Shown in pieces: positions 15,481-25,733 of a stretch of 64,000 nucleotides of DNA (the stretch's first letter is position 1; the number at the start of each line of letters is the position of its first letter). This DNA comes from an uncultured virus (IMG/VR IMGVR_UViG_3300025853_000056) (taxonomy: Duplodnaviria; Heunggongvirae; Uroviricota; Caudoviricetes), in IMG/VR virus record IMGVR_UViG_3300025853_000056, one strand, 5' to 3'. Below the pieces are notes generated by a model. That model was not told the origin of the DNA and searched no databases. It saw only the letters and a list, made by a program, of their open reading frames with translations. A program made the position numbers and the translations under genes.

Positions 15481-16551
15481 ATGTTATCAGATCAAGATAA
15501 AATATTTATTAATAAAAAAATTGAAGAAGGTTTGGACGATTATGTCGTTATGGCGAATCTACTTCATAAGAAGGAGAATTTAACGGGTAGATCAAAAGAA
15601 GCTAAAGCTGTTAGAGATTATTTGATCGAAACTGGATTTATAAAGAAAAAGAAGAAAGAAAGATTTGCTAGAGCAAAAGAAATTTTAACAGAGTCTCAAC
15701 AAAATTTCATAGATCAAAATATTGAATCAGGGATGGGGCCAAAGCAAATTACGGAGCTTGTTTTTAATCAGAAGTTTCAAGGTGTAGAAAATTTAAATAT
15801 TCATGTCACAGCTGAATATAGGGCTGTTCATAAATACATAAAGGAAAAGTATCCTCAATTTTTAGTAGATTCTGAATCAGGGGTTAATCAAAAATATGCA
15901 GTTCCAAGATCTTTAAAAACAGTTTTAAATAAAGTTAACAAATGGTGCGGCCAAAATTTAAATGAGGATAAATTATCTTTGCAGCATAGAAAATTTTTAG
16001 AGAGATTGTTGGTTTATTTAGCTAGTCCCAGATTTGTTGGAAACTATGATTCTTACATGAGTTCTCAAGATAAGGATTTATTTGAAGCAGAATTTGTTCG
16101 TTCTGTTTGGGATAAGCCTGACCTAACCATAGATGAAATTAATTTGTATATAAATGTTTGCATGGATTATATTAATCTTAGGCAGATTGATATTAAAAAG
16201 AATAAAGTTAATGATATGTTTAATGAAACTCAAGAACAAAATGATTTAACTATTCGTTTGACAGAGATTTTAAAAACAATAAGTGAAGAGTATAACCAAT
16301 GCGCCAAAAGAATTGATCAGAGCATTCAAAAGCTTAATGGTGAGAGGGCTAAGCGTATAGATAAGCATCATCAAAAAAATGCTTCCATTTTAAATCTTGT
16401 GGAACTTTTTCAAGATGAAAAAGAGCGAAGCATGATGATTCAGATAGCTGAAATGCAGAAGCAAGCTGTTCAGGATGAAGCCGAAAAATTTGAAAATATG
16501 TCTTCTTGGAAAGCTAGAATTTTAGGCGTATCCAAGGAAGATGCAATATGA
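15481..16551 (+). CDS. Hypothetical protein with C-terminal coiled coil (possible small terminase)
   Basis: Long ORF upstream of terminase; function inferred from position only. Confidence 0.5.
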   Translation: MLSDQDKIFINKKIEEGLDDYVVMANLLHKKENLTGRSKEAKAVRDYLIETGFIKKKKKERFARAKEILTESQQNFIDQNIESGMGPKQITELVFNQKFQGVENLNIHVTAEYRAVHKYIKEKYPQFLVDSESGVNQKYAVPRSLKTVLNKVNKWCGQNLNEDKLSLQHRKFLERLLVYLASPRFVGNYDSYMSSQDKDLFEAEFVRSVWDKPDLTIDEINLYINVCMDYINLRQIDIKKNKVNDMFNETQEQNDLTIRLTEILKTISEEYNQCAKRIDQSIQKLNGERAKRIDKHHQKNASILNLVELFQDEKERSMMIQIAEMQKQAVQDEAEKFENMSSWKARILGVSKEDAI

Positions 16552-17468
16552 ATAAATGTGAGATATGTGAACAGAAGTTCAAAACAGATAAATCATTTCA
16601 TGCTCATTTAAAAAAACATGGAATGTATCAAGCTGAATATTATTGCAAATATCATCCTCGATATTCTCTTTATTATAAAAAGCAAATTCCTTTTATAACT
16701 AAGAAGGATTATTTTGAAAAAGAATTTATTGACTTGAATGAGTTATTACTGTGGGAGAAAAATGCTGACAGTCAATTAGTTAAAGCTAAATGTTTGGAGC
16801 TTTTAGCAAAGCGTATAGAAGAGAAGGGTTACGATTACGCTCCATTCCATAATGAATTAAAAACTTTAGATCTGCCTCCTATAGATGTATTTAAAAAACA
16901 TTTTAAATCTTATAGTAAGGCTTGTCGAGCTATAGATAAAGAGCCTATTTTTAATAAGCCGATGCCTTTTGAATTTTATGAAAAAGAAGTTCCAGAAATT
17001 GAAATTCTAGTTGATACAAGAGAACAAGATCCTCTTCCATTTAAAAAGACAAAAAAAGAAAAATTATATATTGGAGATTATTTAAATAGTCAAGGTCAAT
17101 ATACTTATACTTATGTAGATAGAAAAAGTGAAACTGATTTTTTAGGGACGCTAGCTTCTGGTGTTGAAAGGTTTGAGAGAGAAATAGAAAAGGCTATAGC
17201 TCTAGAAGGATATCTTTTCGTAGTTATAGAAACAACAATTAATAAGATTAAATATAATCATAAAAAGTTTCGCCGCAAAACTAGTTTGGAATATGTATTT
17301 CACAATATGAGATATTTAACTCATAAATATCCACGCGGCGTTCAATTTATTTTTACTGGTGATAGAGAAAGGTCACTAGATTTAATTCCAAGGCTTCTTC
17401 ATTTGGGGGATCGTTTGTGGAATGTCGATATACAATATTATTTAGATCATGAGCTGGGAGACAGGTAA
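16548..17468 (+). CDS. C2H2 zinc finger plus ERCC4/XPF-like nuclease
   Basis: CEIC...HLKKH; LVDTREQ, IGDY, VDRKS, RFERE. Confidence 0.75.
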   Translation: MNKCEICEQKFKTDKSFHAHLKKHGMYQAEYYCKYHPRYSLYYKKQIPFITKKDYFEKEFIDLNELLLWEKNADSQLVKAKCLELLAKRIEEKGYDYAPFHNELKTLDLPPIDVFKKHFKSYSKACRAIDKEPIFNKPMPFEFYEKEVPEIEILVDTREQDPLPFKKTKKEKLYIGDYLNSQGQYTYTYVDRKSETDFLGTLASGVERFEREIEKAIALEGYLFVVIETTINKIKYNHKKFRRKTSLEYVFHNMRYLTHKYPRGVQFIFTGDRERSLDLIPRLLHLGDRLWNVDIQYYLDHELGDR

Positions 17469-19314
17469 TCAAGCGCAGAGAAAAAAAGAATTCATCAGCA
17501 ATGAGGAATTACTTCAAAAAAAAGGTTTCTTAGAAGAAAAAGAAGCTAAACTTTTATTTTATGAATTTCTACGAAACAATGTGACGTTCGCTACAGATTT
17601 AATTACGGGGGTTCAATTATTTCCATTTCAACACATGGCTATCAAAAGCATGTTGGAAACAGATTATTTTTTAGGTGTCTGGTCCCGTGGAATGAGTAAA
17701 AGTTATACTACAGGTATTTATGCTGTGTTAGATGCTATTTTAAATCAAGGGGTTGAGACGGGTATTCTTTCTAGATCTTTTCGTCAGTCTAAAATGATAT
17801 TTAAAAAGATCGAAGATATCGCTGCAAAGCCTGAAGCTTATTTATTAAAGCAATGTATTACTCATGTATCAAAAAGTAATGATGAGTGGGTAATGGAAAT
17901 AGGTAAAAGCAGGATTCGCGCCCTTCCTTTAGGTGATGGTGAGAAGCTTCGTGGATTTCGTTTTCATAGAATTATTATTGACGAGTTCTTATTGATGCCA
18001 GAACGTATTTATAATGAAGTTATAGTACCGTTCTTATCTGTAGTTCAAAATCCTACCCAAAGAGAAGATCTTTATAAAGTTGAAAGTAAATTAATTGAGC
18101 AAGGGAAAATGAATGAAGAGGATAGATATCAATGGCCCAATAATAAATTAATAGCTCTTTCGTCTGCATCTTTTAAATTTGAATACTTATATAAATTGTA
18201 TGAACAATATGAGAACTTAATATTTAATCCGAAGAATAAAGAAAGAACTCGTCGTTGTGTGATGCAGTTTAGTTATGATTGCGCTCCTTTACAGTTATAT
18301 GATCAGAACTTAATTAATCAAGCAAAAGCTACGATGAGTGAATCTCAGTTTATGCGGGAATTTGGAGCTCAATTTACGGATGATAGTTCTGGATACTTTA
18401 AGATATCTAAAATGGCTTTATGTACTGTTCCTGATGGAGAGATGCCATCTGTGGAAGTGGTCGGTAAAGCTGAAGATCAATATATAGTTGCTGTTGACCC
18501 TTCGTGGTCTGAAACAGAATCTTCAGATGATTTTGCTATTCAAGTTTTAAAGTTAAACAGTGAGAAGCAGATTTCAACATTAGTTCATTCATATGCTTTA
18601 TCAGGAAGTTCTTTAAAAGATCATATTAAATACTTTTTATATGTGTTGAAGAATTTTAATGTTGTTGCAGTGTGTATGGATTATAACGGAGGTGTTCAAT
18701 TCATGAATTCTTGTAATGAAAGTGAATTGTTTAAAACTGAAGGGATAAATTTAAAACAAATAGTTACAGAATTTGAAAAGCCTGAAGATTACCCTCAGAA
18801 TCTGATAACAGCTAAAAATGAATACAACAAATCAGATTATAAATATGTATTTTTAAGAAAGCCTACTTCTAGTTGGATTAGAACTGCTAATGAATTACTT
18901 CAGGCAAACTTTGATCATAGAAGAATATTTTTTGGTAGCAGAGCTATAGATGATAATTTCAGAGCTCAGACAAGAAAGAAAATAGGAATATTAGATATGA
19001 AGTTTTCTAATATGGCTGATTCGGACAAACAAAATGAAGAAGCTAAAATGATTGATTTTGTTGAGCATCTCACAGATATGATACTTTTAACAAAAACTGA
19101 ATGCGCACTTATTCAAATAACTACAACAGCCCAAGGCACACAAAGTTTCGATTTGCCTCCAAATTTAAAAAGAAAGACTGGTCCTGATAAACCTAGAAAA
19201 GATAGTTATTCAGCATTGGTTTTAGGTAATTGGTTGGCAAAAATCTATCACGACATGAATAATACTGAGATAGAAGAGGTCGCCGCCACATTTACTCCGA
19301 TGTTCATCGCATAA
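17449..19314 (+). CDS. terL: Terminase large subunit
   Basis: LFPFQ, SRGMSKS Walker A, LRGFR..IIIDE Walker B, VAVDPS..DD and KDSYSA RNase H-like nuclease. Confidence 0.9.
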   Translation: MSWETGNQAQRKKEFISNEELLQKKGFLEEKEAKLLFYEFLRNNVTFATDLITGVQLFPFQHMAIKSMLETDYFLGVWSRGMSKSYTTGIYAVLDAILNQGVETGILSRSFRQSKMIFKKIEDIAAKPEAYLLKQCITHVSKSNDEWVMEIGKSRIRALPLGDGEKLRGFRFHRIIIDEFLLMPERIYNEVIVPFLSVVQNPTQREDLYKVESKLIEQGKMNEEDRYQWPNNKLIALSSASFKFEYLYKLYEQYENLIFNPKNKERTRRCVMQFSYDCAPLQLYDQNLINQAKATMSESQFMREFGAQFTDDSSGYFKISKMALCTVPDGEMPSVEVVGKAEDQYIVAVDPSWSETESSDDFAIQVLKLNSEKQISTLVHSYALSGSSLKDHIKYFLYVLKNFNVVAVCMDYNGGVQFMNSCNESELFKTEGINLKQIVTEFEKPEDYPQNLITAKNEYNKSDYKYVFLRKPTSSWIRTANELLQANFDHRRIFFGSRAIDDNFRAQTRKKIGILDMKFSNMADSDKQNEEAKMIDFVEHLTDMILLTKTECALIQITTTAQGTQSFDLPPNLKRKTGPDKPRKDSYSALVLGNWLAKIYHDMNNTEIEEVAATFTPMFIA

Positions 19315-19369
19315 AAATAAAAGTTAAAAAGTCACTTTGAAAGTAACTTTGTGTAAGTATAATATAGAT

Positions 19370-21415
19370 ATGCCTCGTAAATATACAAAAAAATCAGATT
19401 ATTGGAATCAGTTTTCTTCTGGCAATGAAAATAGTTCAGAATCTTTGGAGAACTTAGTTCAGAAAAACGCTTCAGAGCCTCAATTAGTTGGAGATCCTTT
19501 TTACACTTTTAACAGTAATGCTGCTTACAGCAGAACTGGTGGCGACTCATCAACTAATCTCAGAAGAAATAGAGTAGCAACGGGGCCAAAAATTAATAAA
19601 TACGCAAATATTAGAGAAGGATTATTGCCATTTGAAATGTCTATCAATGGCTATAACGTTAGAGATGCGATTGAGTTGTGCCAAAAAGCTTATGCGAATG
19701 TTGCCATATTTAGAAATGCTGTTGACATCATGTCAGAGTTCTCTAATGCAGAAATTAATTTAGAGGGTGGCAGTGCAAAAGCTAAAGACTTCTTCTATAA
19801 ATGGATGAAGTATGTAAAAATCTGGAAAGTAAAAGATCAATATTTTAGAGAATACTATCGAAGCGGAAATATCTTTTTTTATAAACTGAATGCTAAATTC
19901 ACTTTAGATGATTTCCAGTCTATTATTAAATCGTATGCTAATGCTGATGGTTTATCGTATGATAGTATAGAAAAGATTTATAATTATCCTACCCCTTTTG
20001 ATGTTAAAAATTCTATTCCTATTCAATACACATTATTAAATCCTTTTTATGTTGTTGCGAATAGAACTTCTTCTTGGAGGCAAGTTATTTATGAGAAGAT
20101 GCTCTCTGAATATGAATTGGAAAGATTACAAAACCCTAAGAACGAACAAGATAAACTTATCTTCGAGAGTCTAGATCCGACAACAAAAGATAAAATTAAA
20201 AATGGTCAGTGGGCTCAAGATGGATTAAAAATTCAATTGAATCCTACTGATATTATTTATTCTTTTTATAAGAAACAAGATTACGAGCCATTTGCTGTTC
20301 CATTTGGCTTTGCGGTATTAGACGATATAAATTTCAAGTTAGAAATGAAGAAGATAGATCAAGCGATCTGTCGTACAATTGAAAATGTTATTCTTTTAAT
20401 CACTTTAGGAACTGAACCTTCTAAGGGCGGCATCAATCATAAAAATATTTCTGCGATGCAGTCTTTATTAAGTAATCAATCTGTTGGGCGCGTGTTAGTT
20501 GCAGATTATACGACTAAAGCTGAATTTATTATCCCTGATATGAATAAAGTTTTGGGATATGAAAAATATAAAGTTGTTAATGAAGATATTAAAGAAGGTT
20601 TACAAAATATTTTAATTGGTTCTGAAAAGTTTGCAAATACTACAGTTAAAGCACAAGTATTTTTCGAAAGATTAAGAGAAGCTAGAAATGCTTTCTTGAA
20701 TGATTTCTTGCAGCCAGAAATGGAATTAATATTTAAGAATTTAGGGTTTAAAGGAAAATGTCCTGTCGCTAAGTTTGAAGAAGTATCCATTAAAGACGAA
20801 ACTCAATTTAATAGAGTTGTTACCAGAATGATGGAACTTGGAATCTTGCCTCCTGAAGAAGGAATCAAGGTTATTGAAACTGGTATTTATCCTTCTGGAG
20901 AAGAGCTTGCTGCTGCTCAAGAAAAATTTGTCGAGCAAAGAAAGAAGGGGTTTTATAATCCTATTGTGGGTGGTGTGCCAAGCATTACTCCTCCTATGCC
21001 GGGTGATGATGAAGAAGAACAAGCTGATGTAGCTCCTCAACCTATTAAGAATAATGTTCCTAATGAAGTTGGTCGCCCAATTGGAACAACCAAAGCAAAT
21101 GTTTATTCAAGAGAAGCTATTTCAGAAGTTTTTGATTTAACTAAGAATTTATACAGCGATGTGCAATCTTTATTAAAGAAAAAATATAATAAAAAACGTT
21201 TGAGCACAGATCAGAAGAAGTTGGCTGAAAGCATTAGTGAAGCAATTATAATTGGATCAAATAGTTCTGATTGGAGTGCTACTGCTGAGAAGGTTTTAAG
21301 TGATCCTTCTACTCTTGATAGTTTAGGTATTATGAAAGCTGTGCAAGAGCTTGCGGCAGAACACGATTTGAATACTTACGCTGCAGCTTTATTATATCAC
21401 AGTAATAATAAATAA
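19370..21415 (+). CDS. Portal protein (start revised to ATG 19370, MPRKYT)
   Basis: Follows terL; AYANVAIFRNAVDIMSEF, EYYRSGN; GTGTAA 13 nt before the ATG. Confidence 0.75.
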   Translation: MPRKYTKKSDYWNQFSSGNENSSESLENLVQKNASEPQLVGDPFYTFNSNAAYSRTGGDSSTNLRRNRVATGPKINKYANIREGLLPFEMSINGYNVRDAIELCQKAYANVAIFRNAVDIMSEFSNAEINLEGGSAKAKDFFYKWMKYVKIWKVKDQYFREYYRSGNIFFYKLNAKFTLDDFQSIIKSYANADGLSYDSIEKIYNYPTPFDVKNSIPIQYTLLNPFYVVANRTSSWRQVIYEKMLSEYELERLQNPKNEQDKLIFESLDPTTKDKIKNGQWAQDGLKIQLNPTDIIYSFYKKQDYEPFAVPFGFAVLDDINFKLEMKKIDQAICRTIENVILLITLGTEPSKGGINHKNISAMQSLLSNQSVGRVLVADYTTKAEFIIPDMNKVLGYEKYKVVNEDIKEGLQNILIGSEKFANTTVKAQVFFERLREARNAFLNDFLQPEMELIFKNLGFKGKCPVAKFEEVSIKDETQFNRVVTRMMELGILPPEEGIKVIETGIYPSGEELAAAQEKFVEQRKKGFYNPIVGGVPSITPPMPGDDEEEQADVAPQPIKNNVPNEVGRPIGTTKANVYSREAISEVFDLTKNLYSDVQSLLKKKYNKKRLSTDQKKLAESISEAIIIGSNSSDWSATAEKVLSDPSTLDSLGIMKAVQELAAEHDLNTYAAALLYHSNNK

Positions 21416-21429
21416 GTGTAATAAATATT

Positions 21430-23019
21430 ATGTATAAGTACACAACGCGGTTCAGTAATGTTGTCACTGCTTCAGTAAATTTCGATAATAATTTGCTGTT
21501 GTCTCAGGCATCGTTGGAGCCTATTAAGGGTTTAATACCTAAGTCAGTTAACTTAGAGAAGAATGTAGATTTGATTGGAGCAGCATTTAATGGTGCTGTA
21601 GTTAATGCTTTTAACAAAAATGGTGATGGAATTGATACTGATACCGCGATTGAATTTAAAAACTATTTTATACATAAGCCGACTAATATAGAGCATAAAA
21701 AGCAAAAAGTTGTGGGTCACATCGTTAATTCGGCTTTCTCCTCTTTTGGAGAGAATAAAATTTTAACTGATGATGATGTCAAAGGGTCGTTAGATCCTTT
21801 TAATATTGCTTTAGCTGCTGTTGTTTACAAAACTGTAGATAAAGATTTTGCTGAAGCACTTTTAGAATCTAATGATCCTGATTCAAACTTGTACCAAAAA
21901 ATAAGCGCAAGCTGGGAGATAGGATTCAATGATTATTATATCGCTTTGGGTAGTGATAAGCTTAATCAAGCTGAAATCATTACTAAAAAAGAACAAATAA
22001 ATGAATTTAAAAAATATCTACGAGGGTTCGATGGAAATGGGTTCACAGATGATGGGACCCCTGTTTATCGACTCGTAACTGGGAGAATTTATCCGTTAGG
22101 TATAGGTTTCACTACCAATCCTGCGGCAAATGTAAGTGGCGTAATTATTGACGATGGAACTCAAGACTTAATGGATAAAAACGATGCGAATAATCAAGAC
22201 GGTGATATTAATACACCTGAAGTATTAAAAATTCGCGAAAATTTTTCACAAAAAGAAAAACAACCTGTAAATATAACCAAAACTAATATTATGGATTTAG
22301 AACAGATATTATCAGATTTAAAGACCGTCCTTGCTGAGAAGCAGACGAAAGAATCATTCAGCGAAGAGGCAGTTGCAAGCATCTCTGCAAAAATCGCTGA
22401 AAGCATCAAGGAAAAGAGCGAAGAAATTCAATCTAAAATTGTTTCCGCTGAAGAAGCTAAGGCAGCTGCTATTGCAGAAGCCGAAGACTTGAAAAAGACT
22501 TTAGCTGAAAACGGCGAAAAATTAGATAGTGCTCTTTCTAAAATTAACGAGTTAGAATCTATTCTTTCTTCTCAAGCCGCTCAAGAATTATTCAATTCTA
22601 GAATGAGCGTTCTTGATACTGAATACGATTTTGATGACGCTGACCGTAAATTGTTAGCTACAGAATTAAACAATTTAGATAGCTCTGATGAGGCTTTCGC
22701 TTCTTATCAAGAAAAATTGACTGTGATTTATCGTCACAAGAGCAAGGCATTCAAAGACGAGCAAGAAAAGATTTTCCAAGAAAGATTAGAAGCTGAATTA
22801 GCTAAGCGTATTCAGAAGACTGAAGAAGTTCAAGTCGCTGAAGCTTCTGTCGAAACAACTGAAACTGCGGAGGTTGAAGTTGAAACTGCATTAGCAAACG
22901 CACAGGCTGAAGAAGCTTCTTTACCTGCTCAGAATATCGAGCCTACTGAAGAGAAGGTTTCTTGGAAAGATAGATTAAGTAAGGCTTTTTCAAAAGAAAA
23001 TATAACAATTAACTTTTAA
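21430..23019 (+). CDS. Prohead protease fused to scaffold
   Basis: NKNGD, NIEH, VGHI, ASWE, GFTTNPAA, then an acidic coiled-coil C-terminus. Confidence 0.75.
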   Translation: MYKYTTRFSNVVTASVNFDNNLLLSQASLEPIKGLIPKSVNLEKNVDLIGAAFNGAVVNAFNKNGDGIDTDTAIEFKNYFIHKPTNIEHKKQKVVGHIVNSAFSSFGENKILTDDDVKGSLDPFNIALAAVVYKTVDKDFAEALLESNDPDSNLYQKISASWEIGFNDYYIALGSDKLNQAEIITKKEQINEFKKYLRGFDGNGFTDDGTPVYRLVTGRIYPLGIGFTTNPAANVSGVIIDDGTQDLMDKNDANNQDGDINTPEVLKIRENFSQKEKQPVNITKTNIMDLEQILSDLKTVLAEKQTKESFSEEAVASISAKIAESIKEKSEEIQSKIVSAEEAKAAAIAEAEDLKKTLAENGEKLDSALSKINELESILSSQAAQELFNSRMSVLDTEYDFDDADRKLLATELNNLDSSDEAFASYQEKLTVIYRHKSKAFKDEQEKIFQERLEAELAKRIQKTEEVQVAEASVETTETAEVEVETALANAQAEEASLPAQNIEPTEEKVSWKDRLSKAFSKENITINF

Positions 23020-23024
23020 AGGTT

Positions 23025-23693
23025 ATGGCACTAAGATTATATCCATTCAGACAGTACAGCGAGCAAGATGTCATTAACTTGTTTGCAAGCGACACTGCTG
23101 ATACCAATCCATCTACAAATGGTAATGGTTCAGCTGGTGTATTCGTAAAAGTTTCAGCCGGTAATTTGGATCAAGATCCTATTACTTATGCTACAAACGG
23201 TTATTTAGGCAAAACTGATTATCCATTTATTGGAGCTGCTCAGTATCCTTCTGTTCCTTTAACTTTCACAGCGGCTACCGCAGGAACTCCTGTTCTTGGT
23301 ATTACGTTAAATCAGACAGTTTTAGAGGACGAGAACGGTGAGAAGCTTCTCTATAACCCTGTTAAAGCTGCAGAGTTACAGGCTTGTTTAAGTGGTCAGG
23401 CAGTTCCTGTCGCAAGTCGCGGTATGTTCACTTTAGCTGATACAGCAATTGACTGGGAAGACGCCAACATGGTTGTCAACTCTCACTTGTTGATTTCTGC
23501 TAATGCTGGTAAAGTATCAGGTTTAGCTCCTTCAGCTGCTGGTCCATTCACTGGTGATTACACCATTGTTGGAAGAGTTTTAGCTACTGGTCAGCGTGTT
23601 TCTCAGAATGGTGAAAGCGATTACTTCGCCGGAACTACAACTGGAAAATATGCTTTAGTTCAAATCGATTGTGTGAACCCAACCTCACTGTAA
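23025..23693 (+). CDS. Head decoration/cement protein
   Basis: Position between scaffold and capsid; beta-rich, small-residue composition. Confidence 0.55.
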   Translation: MALRLYPFRQYSEQDVINLFASDTADTNPSTNGNGSAGVFVKVSAGNLDQDPITYATNGYLGKTDYPFIGAAQYPSVPLTFTAATAGTPVLGITLNQTVLEDENGEKLLYNPVKAAELQACLSGQAVPVASRGMFTLADTAIDWEDANMVVNSHLLISANAGKVSGLAPSAAGPFTGDYTIVGRVLATGQRVSQNGESDYFAGTTTGKYALVQIDCVNPTSL

Positions 23694-23715
23694 TTAGAAA
23701 GGCTTTAATAATAAT

Positions 23716-24861
23716 ATGAAGATAGTTTTAAAAAGAACAGATGAACAGGTTGAGTTAATCAAAGCTTTGGCATCAAAAAATCGTGAAGTAGCCTATGACG
23801 CTCAAGTCGCTTTGGCTGAATTCATTGGTCCTGTTTTAGCCGAAGTTATTAATAACGCTCCAACTGTTTCTAACTTATTTACAAGTTTACAATTCAACGC
23901 AGAAGATAATCCTTCGATTCCTTTGGATTTATACTATGATGTTTTCGACGAAGATTACATCAAGGTTTATTCTCAGTCTGTCGCTGGTGGTCTTCCTCAG
24001 AATATCGTTCAGCCTACTGCTTCTGAACTCAAAATCGCAACCTATCGTTTAGATAGTGCTGTTGCTTTTGACAAGAAGTATGCTGCTAAGAGTCGTTTAG
24101 ATGTCGTCAGCAAGTCCTTCACTCGCGTAGCTCAAGAAGTTATGTTGAAGCAGGAAAGAACTTCTGCTAACTTGCTCATGACTGCATTAGCAAATGCTTC
24201 TACAGGTGGCGCTAATCACGTTATTCGTTCTGCTGCTGCTAATCGTTTCGTCCTCGAAGATTTAAACAAGTTATTCACCAAGATCAAGAGAATTAATTCT
24301 TCTTTCGTTGGTGGAACTCCTTCTGGAGCTCGCAGAGGTTTAACTGACCTCATCGTTTCTCCTGAAATCGTCGAGCAAATCCGTGGCATGGCCTACAATC
24401 CAATCGGTACTAAGGGTCCTGATTTAACATCTAATCCTGCTGCTGGTGATGGTTCTGGTCTCACAGCTCCTGATTCAGTTCGTAATCAAGTCTTCAGTCA
24501 AGCTGGATTGCCTGAGTTCTTTGGCGTTTCCATCATGGAAATCTTGGAACTTGGTGATGGCAAGAAGTTCAATACCATCTTTGATACCGTTGCTGGTTCT
24601 ACTAGCTATGACGGTCACTATGCAACAGGTGGTAGCGCTGGTGCTTTCAATGGTGCTTCTGAGCAGATTGTTGTTGGTCTTGACAGATCTCGCGATTCTC
24701 TTATTCGTGCAGTTGCTGTTGATTCTGACACAGGTTCTGAATTCACATTACAAGCTGACGATCAGTATACTCTTCGTCAGAACAAAATCGGATACTTTGG
24801 CGCTCTTGAAGAGGGACGTATGGTCCTCGACAATCGTGCGCTTGTTGGTCTTATCGTTTAA
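23716..24861 (+). CDS. Major capsid protein
   Basis: Position, 381 aa, strongly biased codons, terminator immediately downstream. Confidence 0.8.
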   Translation: MKIVLKRTDEQVELIKALASKNREVAYDAQVALAEFIGPVLAEVINNAPTVSNLFTSLQFNAEDNPSIPLDLYYDVFDEDYIKVYSQSVAGGLPQNIVQPTASELKIATYRLDSAVAFDKKYAAKSRLDVVSKSFTRVAQEVMLKQERTSANLLMTALANASTGGANHVIRSAAANRFVLEDLNKLFTKIKRINSSFVGGTPSGARRGLTDLIVSPEIVEQIRGMAYNPIGTKGPDLTSNPAAGDGSGLTAPDSVRNQVFSQAGLPEFFGVSIMEILELGDGKKFNTIFDTVAGSTSYDGHYATGGSAGAFNGASEQIVVGLDRSRDSLIRAVAVDSDTGSEFTLQADDQYTLRQNKIGYFGALEEGRMVLDNRALVGLIV

Positions 24862-24882
24862 TATCAACCAGATCCACTATGG

Positions 24883-24914
24883 GGGTGCTACTCGAAAGGG
24901 TAGCACCCTTTTTT
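24883..24914 (+). terminator. Rho-independent terminator after the capsid gene
   Basis: GGGTGCTACTC-GAAA-GGGTAGCACCC-TTTTTT. Confidence 0.85.
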
Positions 24915-24949
24915 ATTGAATTTTAATTTTAAAGTTTATAATAATATAT

Positions 24950-25339
24950 ATGGCTAAAAAATCTACGAATAAGAAAAAGTCTGAGCTTGATGATTTGAAT
25001 TTTGCTGATGGCAAGGTTCATGAAGATCCAGATATTGCAAGAGTTAGGCAGTTGGAAAAAGCTTTGGGTATTGAGAAATCAAATCCATTTGGAACAACTA
25101 GTCTAGAAATCTTCAAAGAGAAATTAAGTGAAATGACTAATATTGATTTGCAGCATATGTGCGAAAAAGTAGGAATATTCGCTAGTGGTTCGAGGCAAGA
25201 TATTAAGTCTAAATTATTAAGAGAATTTAAATCTACTAATAAGGGTTCTATCGGAATGACAGTCGAAAACCCTGCAGTACAGTTAGATCCAAATAATCCT
25301 GAACATCAGAAAGTTCTTAAAATATTAGGAGAAATTTAG
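24950..25339 (+). CDS. Hypothetical protein
   Basis: ORF with upstream TATAAT. Confidence 0.7.
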   Translation: MAKKSTNKKKSELDDLNFADGKVHEDPDIARVRQLEKALGIEKSNPFGTTSLEIFKEKLSEMTNIDLQHMCEKVGIFASGSRQDIKSKLLREFKSTNKGSIGMTVENPAVQLDPNNPEHQKVLKILGEI

Positions 25340-25379
25340 TATTTCTTCTTTTTTTATTATATTGAGTGTAAAGTAAGGT

Positions 25380-25724
25380 GTGGCAACGCAACTTACTGTA
25401 ATTCGCGGAGATACGCTTTGTACTCAAACGATTAATTTAGCATCTACTACAGACGATTTTACTGATTTAGTTTGTACTGGACAATTACGTCCTCATCCTG
25501 ATGGTGATTTAGTTTATCAGTTCGTTCCTACCATAGAATACGCAGGGCCTCTTAGTGGTTCTGTGTATTTTAGTATACCCGGAAGTGATACTAAGAATTT
25601 TCCTCCGATTAATTTGTATGGAGATGTCCATTTTAATTGTACTGGTAATTCAACAAGTGGAGTAGATAATCAAACTCTTTTTGAGTTCAGATTAGATGTA
25701 AAAGCTGACGTAACTCATTTATAA
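25380..25724 (+). CDS. Small beta-sandwich virion adaptor (BppU-N-like)
   Basis: LTVIRGDT...YGDV...FRLDVKADVT pattern; GTG start after GTGTAA. Confidence 0.5.
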   Translation: MATQLTVIRGDTLCTQTINLASTTDDFTDLVCTGQLRPHPDGDLVYQFVPTIEYAGPLSGSVYFSIPGSDTKNFPPINLYGDVHFNCTGNSTSGVDNQTLFEFRLDVKADVTHL

Positions 25725-25733
25725 GGATAAAGT

